Shown here: positions 1-13,600 of the stretch, one piece after another
Numbering within the stretch: position 1 is the stretch's first letter
Layout of the letters: the number at the start of each line of letters is the position of its first letter
Assembly (NCBI RefSeq): GCF_902652985.1
Contig: NC_047019.1
Span: 46,128,001-46,192,000, forward strand
From: Pecten maximus
Taxonomy: Eukaryota
Direction: 5' to 3'
Length of the DNA: 64,000 bases
The notes under the pieces: model-generated
Seen by the model: only the letters and a program-made list of their open reading frames with translations
Told to the model about the DNA's origin: nothing
The model's database searches: none
Program-made: the position numbers and the translations under genes

Positions 1-3000
1 CATTTTCTATAAAACATTATTATGATATTTAATCAATACGCTTTTGTGTATATATAAATATTTGTTTTTGTTTTTTGTTTTGTATTATTATTATTATTTT
101 ACTTTATAGATGTAGTGTTAGTTTGCTCTGTAAATCGTTGTCATCTTCTCCAAGGAGAAATGGACAAATAAATGTAATAGTTAGTTTAAACCCTTTTGAA
201 CCCATTTTACAGTGGATTTGAGAATACCTGGCTATGTTTTAGTAGCAACAGAGCAATTATAAAGCTCTTTTACATTTTGACCTCGTTTAATCGATTCTAA
301 TTTTGAATTATGGTTTCGTTTGCATGTCGTTATTCACTCTTCCTTTTTACATACTGAGCTCGAAATCCTAATGGCGTGACGTGACAATTCATCACAATCA
401 CGGATTAAACTTGCAAAACGAATTTATGGGGAAAAATTGTTCTTGTTCCATTAACAAAAGCAAAATCTTCTTCGTTAATGTTACCATTATTTGGACTCTC
501 ATTTCGTCGTATTGTTTAAATCTATCTATAGTTAAAACAGTTGTGACGACAGTGTTTATCGCGGTTCATCTAGGATTATCTGTGCATCACTTTTCTGAAT
601 TCCTTCAATATCATCATGATGGACGTGTTTCAGGTCTGAGCAGAAATTAATTATTTTTATCAACCACATGCCAAAACAATTAACAATATTTCCAATATGG
701 TAACGTATGGGGGACGTCATTAAACACTAATTATACTGCCACCCATTAGGATGTAGGGAGCTTCTAGGTCAATGATCGTAAAATATCACCATTAGTTATC
801 ACATATTTCGGTAGTCGTCAACAAATTACACAGTAGTTGGAACTGACATGCTCTTCGCGCACTCAGTCTCCCGCCACTAGTTATGTCACGAATGCGTTGT
901 CACGAACACAAGGCCTCTGCGGGGTGAAGATAAACCACTGATCGGACCTCCGTCACTGGAGAGTTCTGTACGGATTTTATTTTAGTTATGCATGGACTAC
1001 ATATCCTGTTACATGGTATACGGCAGACAGAATCACACACGATCTTCAGCCAACGGAAATAAATATTACTTCAGGTTCTCTCGCTTCGAAGGACATGTCC
1101 ACTCTGATAACAGACGTCAGGCTGACGAGGGACGTGTCCACTCTGATAACAGACGTCAGGCTGACGAGGGATATGTCCACTCTGATAACAACCTCCGTAA
1201 GACTGACGAGGGACATGTCCACTCTGATAACAACCTCCCTAAGACTGACGAGGGGCATGTCCACTCTGATAACAGACGTCAGGCTGACGAGGGATATGTC
1301 CACTGTGATAACAGACGTCAGGCTGACGAGGGACATGTCCACTCTGATAACAGACGTCAGGCTGACGAGGGATATGTCCACTCTGATAACAACCTCCGTA
1401 AGACTGACGAGGGACATGTCCACTGTGATAACAGACGTCAGGCTGACGAGGGACATGTCCACTCTCATAACCTCCGTAAGGCTGACGAGGGGCATGTCCA
1501 CTCTGATAACAGGCATTGGGCTGGCAAGGGGCATGTCCACTCTGATAACAACCTCCGTAAGGCTGACGAGGGACATGTCCACTGTGATAACAGACGTCAG
1601 GCTGACGAGGGACATGTCCACTCTGATAACAGACGTAAGGCTGACGAGGGACATGTCCACTCTCATAACCTCCGTAAGGCTGACGAGGGACGTGTCCACT
1701 CTCATAACCTCCGTAAGGCTGACGAGGGACGTGTCCACTCTGATAACAGACGTCAGGCTGACGAGGGATATGTCCACTCTGATAACAGACGTAAGGCTGA
1801 CGAGGGACATGTCCACTCTGATAACAACCTCCGTAAGACTGACGAGGGACATGTCCACTGTGATAACAGACGTCAGGCTGACGAGGGACATGTCCACTCT
1901 GATAACAGACGTCAGGCTGACGAGGGATATGTCCACTCTGATAACAGACGTCAGGCTGACGAGGGACATGTCCACTGTGATAACAGACGTCAGGCTGACG
2001 AGGGACATGTCCACTCTGATAACAGACGTAAGGCTGACGAGGGACATGTCCACTCTGATAACAGACGTAAGGCTGACGACGGACGTGTCCACTCTGATAA
2101 CAACCCCCGTAAGGCTGACGAGGGACATGTCCACTCTGATAACAGACGTTAGGCTGACGAGGGACATTTCCACTCTGATAACAGACGTCAGGCTGACGAG
2201 GGACATTTCCACTCTGATAACAGACGTCAGGCTGACGAGGGACATGTCCACTCTGATAACAGACGTCAGGCTGACGAGGGACATGTCCACTCTGATAACA
2301 GACGTAAGGCTGACGAGGGACATGTCCACTCTGATAACAACCCCCGTAAGGCTGACGAGGGACATGTCCACTCTGATAACAGACGTTAGGCTGACGAGGG
2401 ACATTTCCACTCTGATAACAGACGTTAGGCTGACGAGGGACATTTCCACTCTGATAACAGACGTAAGGCTGACGAGGGACATGTCCACTCTGATAACAGA
2501 CGTTAGGCTGACGAGGGACATTTCCACTCTGATAACAGACGTCAGGCTGACGAGGGACATGTCCACTCTGATAACAGACATTAGGCTGACGAGGGACATG
2601 TCCACTGTGATAACAGACATTAGGCTGACGAGGGACATGTCCACTCTGATAACAGACGTCAGGCTGACGAGGGACGTGTCCACTCTGATAACAGACGTCA
2701 GGCTGACGAGGGACATGTCCACTCTGATAACAGACGTAAGGCTGACGAGGGACATGTCCACTCTGATAACAACCTCCGTAAGGCTGACGAGGGACATGTC
2801 CACTCTGATAACAGACGTTAGGCTGACGAGGGACATTTCCACTCTGATAACAGACGTTAGGCTGACGAGGGACATTTCCACTCTGATAACAGACGTCAGG
2901 CTGACGAGGGACATGTCCACTGTGATAACAGACGTCAGGCTGACGAGGGACATGTCCACTCTGATAACAGACGTCAGGCTGACGAGGGATATGTCCACTG

Positions 3001-5963
3001 TGATAACAGACGTCAGGCTGACGAGGGACATGTCCACTCTGATAACAGACGTCAGGCTGACGAGGAACATTTCCACTGTGATAACAGACGTCAGGCTGAC
3101 GAGGGACATGTCCACTCTGATAACAGACGTTAGGCTGACGAGGGACATTTCCACTCTGATAACAGACGTCAGGCTGACGAGGGACATGTCCACTCTGATA
3201 ACAGACGTCAGGCTGACGAGGGACATGTCCACTCTGATAACAGACGTCAGGCTGACGAGGGACATGTCCACTCTGATAACAGACGTCAGGCTGACGAGGG
3301 ACATGTCCACTGTGATAACAGACATAAGGCTGACGAGGGACATGTCCACTGTGATAACAGACATTAGGCTGACGAGGGACATGTCCACTCTGATGACAGA
3401 CGTTAGGCTGACGAGGGACATGTCCACTGTGATAACAGACGTTAGGCTGACGAGGGACATGTCCACTCTGATAACAGACGTTAGGCTGACGATGGACATG
3501 TCCACTGTGATAACAACCTCCGTAAGACTGACGAGGGACATGTCAACTGTGATAACAGACGTAAGGCTGACGACGGACATGTCCACTCTAATAACAACCT
3601 CCGTAAGGCTGACGAGGGGCATGTCCACTCTGATAACAGACGTCAGGCTGACGAGGGACATGTCCACTGTGATAACAGACGTCAGGCTGACGAGGGACAT
3701 GTCCACTCTGATAACAGACGTCAGGCTGACGAGGGACATGTCCACTCTGATAACAACCTCCGTAAGACTGACGAGGGACATGTCCACTCTGATAACAGAC
3801 GTTAGGCTGACGAGGGACATGTCCACTCTGATAACAGACGTAAGGCTGACGAGGGACATGTCCACTCTGATAACAGACGTAAGACTGACGAGGGACATGT
3901 CCACTCTGATAACAACCTCCCTAAGACTGACGAGGGACGTGTCCACTCTGATAACAGGCATTGGGCTGGCAAGGGGCATGTCCACTCTGATAACAACCTC
4001 CGTAAGGCTGACGAGGGACATGTCCACTCTGATAACAACCTCCCTAAGACTGACGAGGGACATGTCCACTCTGATAACAGGCATTGGGCTGGCAAGGGGC
4101 ATGTCAACTGTGATAACAGACGTAAGGCTGACGAGGGACATGTCCACTCTGATAACAACCTCCGTAAGACTGACGAGGGACATGTCCACTCTGATAACAG
4201 ACGTTAGGCTGACGAGGGACATGTCCATTCTGATAACAGACGTAAGGCTGACGAGGGACATGTCCACTCTGATAACAGACGTAAGGCTGACGAGGGACAT
4301 GTCCACTCTGATAACAACCTCCCTAAGACTGACGAGGGACATGTCCACTCTGATAACAGACGTAAGGCTGACGAGGGACATTTCCACTCTGATAACAGAC
4401 GTCAGGCTGACGAGGGACATGTCCACTCTGATAACAGACGTAAGGCTGACGAGGGACATGTCCACTCTGATAACAGACGTAAGGCTGACGAGGGACATGT
4501 CCACTCTGATAACAGACATAAGGCTGACGAGGGATATGTCCACTCTGATAACAGACGTCAGGCTGACGAGGGATATGTCCACTCTGATAACAGACATAAG
4601 GCTGACGAGGGACATGTCCACTCTGATAACAGACGTTAGGCTGACGAGGGACATGTCCACTCTGATAACAACCTCCGTAAGGCTGACGAGGGACATGTCC
4701 ACTCTGATAACAGACGTAAGGCTGACGAGGGATATGTCCACTCTGATAACAGACGTTAGGCTGACGAGGGACATGTCCACTCTGATAACAACCTCCGTAA
4801 GGCTGACGAGGGACATGTCCACTCTGATAACAACCTCCCTAAGACTGACGAGGGACATGTCCACTCTGATAACAGGCATTGGGCTGGCAAGGGGCATGTC
4901 AACTGTGATAACAGACGTAAGGCTGACGAGGGACATGTCCACTCTGATAACAACCTCCGTAAGACTGACGAGGGACATGTCCACTCTGATAACAGACGTT
5001 AGGCTGACGAGGGACATGTCCATTCTGATAACAGACGTAAGGCTGACGAGGGACATGTCCACTCTGATAACAGACGTAAGGCTGACGAGGGACATGTCCA
5101 CTCTGATAACAACCTCCCTAAGACTGACGAGGGACATGTCCACTCTGATAACAGACGTTAGGCTGACGAGGGACATGTCCACTCTGATAACAACCTCCGT
5201 AAGGCTGACGAGGGACATGTCCACTCTGATAACAGACGTAAGGCTGACGAGGGACATGTCCACTCTGATAACAGACGTAAGGCTGACGAGGGACATGTCC
5301 ACTCTGATAACAACCTCCGTAAGGCTGACGAGGGACATGTCCACTCTGATAACAACCTCCGTAAGGCTGACGAGGGACATGTCCACTCTGATAACAGACG
5401 TTAGGCTGACGAGGGACATGTCCACTCTGATAACAACCTCCGTAAGGCTGACGAGGGACATGTCCGCTCTGATAACAGACATTAGGCTGGCAAGGGGCAT
5501 GTCCACTCTGATAACAGACGTAAGGCTGACGAGGGACATGTCCACTCTGATAACAGACGTTAGGCTGACGAGGGACATGTCCACTCTGATAACAACCTCC
5601 GTAAGGCTGACGAGGGACATGTCCGCTCTGATAACAGACGTCAGGCTGACGAGGGACATTTCCACTCTGATAACAGACGTTAGGCTGACGAGGGACATGT
5701 CCACTCTGATAACAACCTCCGTAAGGCTGACGAGGGGCGACGTTATGTCAAGTTGTACTCAATGTAAAAACGTAAACATAATACATATAAAGCGATGGTT
5801 GGCATTGTAATTTTACCATTTAATTTGAAGTTATGTCCCTTAAGTACCCTCATTAATCTGACACCTGTCGACAATGTTTTATGAATATGTGACCCAAATA
5901 AACATGCCCCCCTTTTACTGAGGTTAACAAGGTCATTCTTTTTTTTGCTGCCGAGGTACCAAC
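1..5963 (-). other. sim: sim intron after coding exon 2, running off the left edge
   Basis: Donor GT at 5963-5962. I did not find the expected next exon ([30 protein letters not shown]-like) in the unique sequence at 1-1090 or 5740-5960. Confidence 0.75.
1091..5738. repeat. Minisatellite, mixed 39/42-bp units, about 115 copies
   Basis: Unit GGACATGTCCACTCTGATAACAGACGTCAGGCTGACGAG (39 bp) and a 42-bp variant with AACAACCTCCGTAAG. Both lengths are multiples of 3, which produces long ORFs on both strands. Confidence 0.98.
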
Positions 5964-6043
5964 CTGTAATAGATGCGAGCCCAGTTCCTTGTCGAGTCTT
6001 GTCCTATGTCCCATTTGTCTCTGTCCCCAGCCATCACCGAGAC
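5964..6043 (-). CDS. sim: single-minded, second coding exon (bHLH to PAS-A linker)
   Basis: Acceptor ATTGCAG| at 6044 and donor CAG|GTTGGT at 5963; 80 nt. Phase 1 in completes G+GT = Gly from exon 1; phase 0 out. Translates (G)LGDGWGQRQMGHRTRLDKELGSHLLQ, matching Sim GLGEAWG...(K/R)ELGSHLLQ. Confidence 0.95.
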
Positions 6044-6135
6044 CTGCAATCAATCATACCGCCCAGGATTATCTCATATGGTTTGGGGTTTAAATACTTA
6101 AACAACTATTTAAAACACACACAAAAAAATATGCA

Positions 6136-6511
6136 ATCATCAGTTTTAAACCTTGCTCCGAAACAGATATTAGTTACAATCATCAATTTTAAACCTTGTT
6201 CCAAAACAGATATTAGTTACTATCATCAATTTTAAACCTTGCTCCAAAACAGATATTAATTACGATCATCAATTTTAAACCTTGCTCCAAAACAGATATC
6301 AGTTACGATCATCAATTTTAAACCTTGTTCCAAAACAGATATTAGTTTCGATCATCAATTTTAAACCTTGCTCCAAAACAGATATTAATTACGATCATCA
6401 ATTTTAAACCTTGCTCCAAAACAGATATCAGTTACGATCATCAATTTTAAACCTTGTTCCAAAACAGATATTAGTTACTATCATCAATTTTAAACCTTGC
6501 TCCAAAACAGA
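6136..6511. repeat. Minisatellite, 43-bp unit, about 8.5 copies
   Basis: ATCATCAATTTTAAACCTTGCTCCAAAACAGATATTAGTTACG repeated; lies about 90 bp from the exon 2 acceptor. Confidence 0.95.
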
Positions 6512-7701
6512 CACTGGTAACAAAGAGTGTGCGGTAACTTTGTATATGACGTAAATATTATATTTAATATATATGTAATATCATATTTTCATAATTATGA
6601 TATATGTTTATTACAAATCAAAGATAAGATCTAGTAGAATTTAGATATAGTTGACAAGGAAGTGTTTATGTTAGGTGACAAAGAACTAGACATCTCCTGT
6701 AGCAGTCATATCGACAATCCTCTTATTATAAACAGGCGCTTGAGGACTTGATGGTGGCAAATAATGGTCGATTTGACATTTCCAAACGAATAATTTCATT
6801 CATTTGAGATACTATTAAAGCAGAACTGGGTAAAGTTAGGGGTACAAGGGAGTCATGCTGTTCAGACTCCGCCCTGCATGGTATTTCCTTACAACCACTG
6901 TCACGTGTAATGGCAGAGGAGCGAAACGACCAACTTACAAAGCCCCCTTAATTATCGAGTTTTCTTTAGCTCTCTAAATAGCATATTATAGGAACAAAGC
7001 ACAACGGGAAATCCGCTTAATGAGATTTTAATCAATTAGGAGAAAATGTTCGATACTGGTTTCAATTCTGACCGTATAATGGAATCCGGATTTTTACCAG
7101 TTCCGTGCCAGTAATTAATATTGACGTTCTTTTGGCCTACAGCAAAAAAGCAATGGAAAGCCGTTAGTCGACAGGAGGGGGCTAGTTTGTGAATAGCGTT
7201 TGGTTTCAATGTTGCGACAAGAGGGCTGCTCATAAACACCCAATTTGTCCATCAATCCGAATGATCCATTATAAGGGGGGTCGCCGGGGGTGTTAGCAGG
7301 CGCAACTAAAGTGGTGGTGTTGATGATAACAATATGTTTTCGGTAAGGAGGCTTCGTTTGGGGAAATTGGCGGAATTATCAGAGAAACGAATCGTATATA
7401 CGAGACACGCAGACCAACGTAAATAAGTGAAAGACCTATATTTCTGCGCCACCTAAAGGTTTGTCGTTATAACCTGCTAATAATCTTTGGGAAACATGTA
7501 ATTAAATAGTTAAAGAGTAAAAACACACAGTTATTCTTCCGTTTATTGCAATAATAACGGATTACATGTATATATAGACAGGGAACAGACTTTCATATAT
7601 ATTTCCAGCGTTGAAATGCTGAAAATATAATTACTGCAGATAACACCATGAACCATAAAAAGAATAGTAGTACGATTTGTGTGTTTTCTGGCCGCTGAAG
7701 A

Positions 7702-7760
7702 CGTCCTTAATTGACAATAGATGTTTATAGGACGTTAGACAATATTAAACCAACCCAAAC
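7702..7760 (+). mobile_element. Diverged 3' tail remnant of a Meta/MESC-type SINE
   Basis: CGTCCTTAATTGACAATAGATGTTTATAGGACGTTAGACAATATTAAACCAACCCAAAC aligns by eye to the reverse complement of 15119-15170 (CGTCCTTAAATGGCCTTAGCTGTTAATAGGACTTTAAACAAAACCAAACC). Confidence 0.5.
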
Positions 7761-7796
7761 TGATCCCTGAAGTCAGGTAACTAAACAAAGCATGGC

Positions 7797-8018
7797 ACAT
7801 TTAAACTGCTCACGACATTAGAACTGCTCATGACATTAGAACTGCTCATGACATTTAAACTGCTCACGACATTCAAACTGCTCATGACATTTAAACTGCC
7901 CATGACATTAGAACTGCTCACGACATTCAAACTGCTCATTAGAACTGCTCACGACATTAGAACTGCTCGCGACATTCAAACTGCTCGCGATATTCAAACT
8001 GCTCGCGACATTTAAACT
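7797..8018. repeat. Minisatellite, 18-bp unit, about 12 copies
   Basis: ACATT(TA/AG/CA)AACTGCTC(AC/AT/GC)G repeated. Confidence 0.93.
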
Positions 8019-9021
8019 CATTCTACAGTGGTAAAATTTCAGCCTTAAGCAGTAACAACAGCAAGTAAGGACGTCCGGAATTTCCAAAATAATGCAGATC
8101 CAGGTACCCGTGAAGGGTGAGCGTCATTCCCTCGGTTATAAACGGTATCCATGTATCCCGGTTTTCTGTTGTACACTGTACATTTTGTGTTATATTGTTT
8201 TTACTGTTCTATAAAGTAACAATTTAGCCATACTTCCTTACTTGAATAATGGTGATTATTCTCATACTTGTCGGCTTTAACGACTAGATTTTACTACAGA
8301 TTAATCAGAAATAACATTTTGTTCAGTCCAATGGTGTTCCCTAGTTACAAGTGGCTGTTCTAACATGGGTGTGTGTGTGATTTGTTGAATTATTCATCAG
8401 TAAGATTAATTTACTTGTAGATGTGGTAAAAGGTTTAAAACATATGTATTTATATTTATGTTATAACCATACCAGTATTTATGTACGATATTTTTACGCT
8501 GATGACATATTACCAAAATAATGAAATATTTACTTCTGTCGTATATTCAGTGTGTCTAACCAACTACTACAAACGGTACTACAGGTAATGCATTATTACT
8601 CTCCATTATATTTAGTGAAATGACTTTTCGTGCGTTCGTTGTTAAGGAGATATCACGGGAGGTCAAAGGTTAACTGTGGTGTCAAGAGGTCAACACACAC
8701 GTGTTCCGAGGTAAACATGGCACCGGTGATGATAGCTATTGTCGGAGTTTCAGGTAGCGAGTAGGAGACAGATGTTGCCTCGCTCTTTGACGTATTTTAT
8801 TAATTTGCAAAGTAAACAAACAGTTCTTGTAAGGTGATAACAGTGTTATCGGGGTCATTATCCTTTGTTTTCTTTCCATCACTCGTCAAGATGGCCGGTG
8901 TTGGAATATCTTTTACACCTCATTGACGTATATCACTTTGTGGGACCATGTACCGACCAATTATTTCTGGTCTTGATAATGAGATATCGAAAGGATGTGA
9001 TACAAGCATAAGAGTAAACCA

Positions 9022-9525
9022 TGGGCCTAATAATGTAAACTTGTCGTGTCATCGGGGCCCGCCTTACCTGGGCCTAATAATGTTAACTTGTCGTGTCATC
9101 TGGGCCCGCCTTACCTGGGCCTAATAATGTTAACTTGTCGTGTCATCGGGGCCCGCTTCTTGGCCTAATAATGTCAACTTGTCGTGTCATCAGGGTCCGC
9201 CTTACCTGGGCCTAATAATGTTAACTTGTCGTGTCATCGGGGCCCGCTTCTTGGCCTAATAATGTCAACTTGTCGTGTCATCAGGGTCCGCCTTACCTGG
9301 GCCTAATAATGTTAACTTGTCATGTCATCAGGGCTCGCCTTACCTGGGCCTAATAATGTTAACTTGTCGTGTCAGCAGGGTCCGCCTTACCTGGGCCTAA
9401 TAATGTTAACTTGTCATGTCATCAGGGCTCGCCTTACCTGGGCCTAATAATGTTAACTTGTCGTGTCAGCAGGGCCCGCCTTACCTGGGCCTAATAATGT
9501 TAACTTGTCGTGTCAGCAGGGCCCG
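9022..9525. repeat. Minisatellite, 47-bp unit (some shorter variants), about 11 copies
   Basis: TGGGCCTAATAATGTTAACTTGTCGTGTCATCGGGGCCCGCCTTACC repeated. Confidence 0.96.
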
Positions 9526-10616
9526 ACTGGCTGTAATTAGCACCCCCTGTACCCTCTGGGGAGACACCGCCACTGTTTAGACTCTAATTATTGATTACAT
9601 ACTTATACAATTGTACATGGAATTTCTATCGTTATAAAAAGTACAGGTATATAAATAACTAGTATTGGCGAATTTCTCACTCTAGTTATTAACATAAACG
9701 ATCCGGGTTTGTTGACCAGTCGTCTTCCTGGATTAACATAAGTAAATACTGTAGACATAAGTATGGGTTGAACTAGTCGACAGCAGTCGGTATACTTTTT
9801 ATCCAGCAAGTATATCGATAATGTGGGGTGTTTATTGAAACTACGGTAATTTTTGATTAAGCACATTGAGTTTTTATCATTAGCTGTGATTGTTTACATT
9901 GAAACAAATATCAAAATGTATGCAACATTTCAGTTTTTATGGTCAGATTACAAACAGAGCCCATCAAATAAACTTCCCACGCGAATAATGCTATACAGCA
10001 GTGTTTCTGGTATTAGAGATTATTTTTCATCTTCCTGTGAGGTTTATGCTAAAATTTTAATTGCATTATAAATTGCTTTCATCAAATATTTGGAATCGTT
10101 TTAAATTAGACGAGGCCGATGTACTGTTATTTACCTCCTATAGATTTCGCTTTCCTCATTAATATTCTCTCTCCTCATTAACTTGAAAGCCCCGACCATC
10201 TCCATTCTTTCCCTGGGTATTATATCCATCTGAGGCGGAATTCCGGTCCGCCTCCAAGTCATCAACAATAATTAGCATATCCGCGACAGATCGGGGTATA
10301 TTTACTTTTCCTACCCAAGTACCATCCCGGTGTGACAAAATCTATTGAGATGTCCAATTTGACATTTCCGTGTCGGACGTTAGCAAACGCTATCCATTGT
10401 GCAATTAGATGAAAACGATTTGAAGGCGGTTGAATTACAAACTTAATTGTTTTAATGAAATTCACGTTAGTATACTTTTCGAACGACAGAATATATCAAA
10501 ACGAACTATATAAGGCTGAGCATATTTAATTAAAAACACACATATATCATTGAGAATTTTTATTCCCGCAATATAACCAGGAAAAGATGCGAAGGACGCA
10601 ACTGTAGCACCACGAG

Positions 10617-13600
10617 CAGGATAACCAATGAGGTATCCTGTTAACAGTGTGTCAGGATAACCAATGACGTATCCTGTTAACAGTGTCAGGATAACCAATG
10701 ACGTATCCTGTTAACAGTGTCAGGATAACCAATGACGTGTCCTGTTAACAGTGTGTCAGGATAACCAATGACGTATCCTGTTAACAGTGTGTCAGGAAAA
10801 CCAATGACGTATCCTGTTAACAGTGTCAGTAACCAATGACGTATCCTGTTAACAGTGTGTCAGGATAACCAATGACGTGTCCTGTTAACAGTATGTCGGG
10901 ATAACCAATGACGTATCCTGTTAACAGTGTCAGGATAACCAATGACGTATCCTGTTAACAGTGTCAGGATAACCAATGACGTATCCTGTTAACAGTGTCA
11001 GGATAACCAATGACGTATCCTGTTAACAGTGTCAGGATAACCAATGACGTATCCTGTTAACAGTGTGTCAGGATAACCAATGACGTATCCTGTTAACAGT
11101 GTGTCATGATAACCAATGATGTATCCTGTTAACAGTGTCAGGATAACCAATGACGTATCCTGTTAACAGTGTCAGGAAAACCAATGACGTATCCTGTTAA
11201 CAGTGTCAGTAACCAATGACGTATCCTGTTAACAGTGTGTCAGGATAACCAATGACGTGTCCTGTTAACAGTATGTCGGGATAACCAATGACGTATCCTG
11301 TTAACAGTGTCAGGATAACCAATGACGTATCCTGTTAACAGTGTCAGGATAACCAATGACGTATCCTGTTAACAGTGTGTCAGGATAACCAATGACGTAT
11401 CCTGTTAACAGTGTGTCATGATAACCAATGATGTATCCTGTTAACAGTGTCAGGATAACCAATGACGTATCCTGTTAACAGTGTCAGGATAACCAATGAC
11501 GTATCCTGTTAACAGTGTCAGGATAACCAATGACGTATCCTGTTAACAGTGTGTCATGATAACCAATGACGTATCCTGTTAACAGTGTCGGGATAACCAA
11601 TGACGTATCCTGTTAACAGTGTCAGGATAACCAATGACGTATCCTGTTAACGGTGTCAGTAACCAATGACGTATCCTGTTAACGGTGTCATGATAACCAA
11701 TGACATATCCTGTTAACGGTGTCATGATAACCAATGACATATCCTGTTAACAGTGTCAGTAACCAATGACGTATCCTGTTAACGGTGTCATGATAACCAA
11801 TGACGTATCCTGTTAACGGTGTCATGATAACCAATGACATATCCTGTTAACGGTGTCATGATAACCAATGACGTATCCTGTTAACAGTGTCAGTAACCAA
11901 TGACGTATCCTGTTAACAGTGTCAGGATAACCAATGACGTATCCTGTTAACAGTGGTTCAGGATAACCAATGACGTATCCTGTTAACAGTGTGTCAGGAT
12001 AACCAATGACGTATCCTGTTAACAGTGTCAGGATAACCAATGACGTATCCTGTTAACAGTGTGTCAGTATAACCAATGACGTATCCTGTTAACAGTGTCA
12101 GGATAACCAATGACGTATCCTATTAACAGTGTCAGGATAACCAATGACGTATCCTGTTAACAGTGTGTCAGGATAACCAATGACGTATCCTGTTAACAGT
12201 GTCAGGATAACCAATGACGTATCCTGTTAACAGTGTGTCAGGATAACCAATGACGTATCCTGTTAACAGTGTGTCAGGATAACCAATGACGTATCCTGTT
12301 AACAGTGTGTCAGGATAACCAATGACGTATCCTGTTAACAGTGTCAGGATAACCAATGACGTATCCTGTTAACAGTGTCAGTAACCAATGACGTATCCTG
12401 TTAACAGTGTGTCAGTAACCAATGACGTATCCTGTTAACAGTGTGTCAGGATAACCAATGACGTATCCTGTTAACAGTGTCAGGATAACCAATGACGTAT
12501 CTTGTTAACAGTGTCAGTAACCAATGACGTATCCTGTTAACAGTGTCAGTAACCAATGACGTATCCTGTTAACAGTGTGTCAGGATAAGCAATGACGTAT
12601 CCTGTTAACAGTGTGTCAGGATAACCAATGACGTATCCTGTTAACAGTGTCGGGATAACCAATGACGTATCCTGTTAACAGTGTCGGGATAACCAATGAC
12701 GTATCCTGTTAACAGTGTGTCAGGATAAGCAATGACGTATCCTGTTAACAGTGTGTCATGATAACCAATGACGTATCCTGTTAACAGTGTGTCAGGATAA
12801 CCAATGACGTATCCTGTTAACAGTGTCGGGATAACCAATGACGTATCCTGTTAACAGTGTGTCAGGATAAGCAATGACGTATCCTGTTAACAGTGTGTCA
12901 GGATAACCAATGACGTATCCTGTTAACAGTGTGTCAGGATAACCAATGACGTATCCTGTTAACAGTGTCAGGATAACCAATGACGTATCCTGTTAACAGT
13001 GTGTCAGGATAACCAATGACGTATCCTGTTAACAGTGTCAGTAACCAATGACGTATCCTGTTAACAGTGTCAGGATAACCAATGACGTGTCCTGTTAACA
13101 GTGTGTCAGGATAACCAATGACGTATCCTGTTAACAGTGTGTCAGGATAACCAATGACGTATCCTGTTAACAGTGTCAGGATAACCAATGACGTATCCTG
13201 TTAACAGTGTCAGTAACCAATGACGTATCCTGTTAACAGTGTCAGGATAACCAATGACGTGTCCTGTTAACAGTGTCAGGATAACCAATGACGTGTCCTG
13301 TTAACAGTGTCAGGATAACCAATGACGTATCCTGTTAACAGTGTGTCATGATAACCAATGACATATCCTTTTAACAGTGTGTCAGGATAACCAATGACGT
13401 GTCCTGTATACAGTGTGTCATAATAACCAATGACATATCCTTTTAACAGTGTGTCAGGATAACCAATGACGTATCCTGTTAACAGTGTGTCAGGATAACC
13501 AATGGCGTATCCTGTTAACAGTGGTTCAGGATAACCAATGACGTATCCTGTTAACAGTGTCAGGATAACCAATGACGTATCCTGTTAACAGTGTCAGGAT

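Noticed and set aside
1046-5810. ORFs of 1552 aa (-) and 1571 aa (+)
   Set aside because: Artefacts of the 39/42-bp units; antiparallel open frames with no unique protein content.
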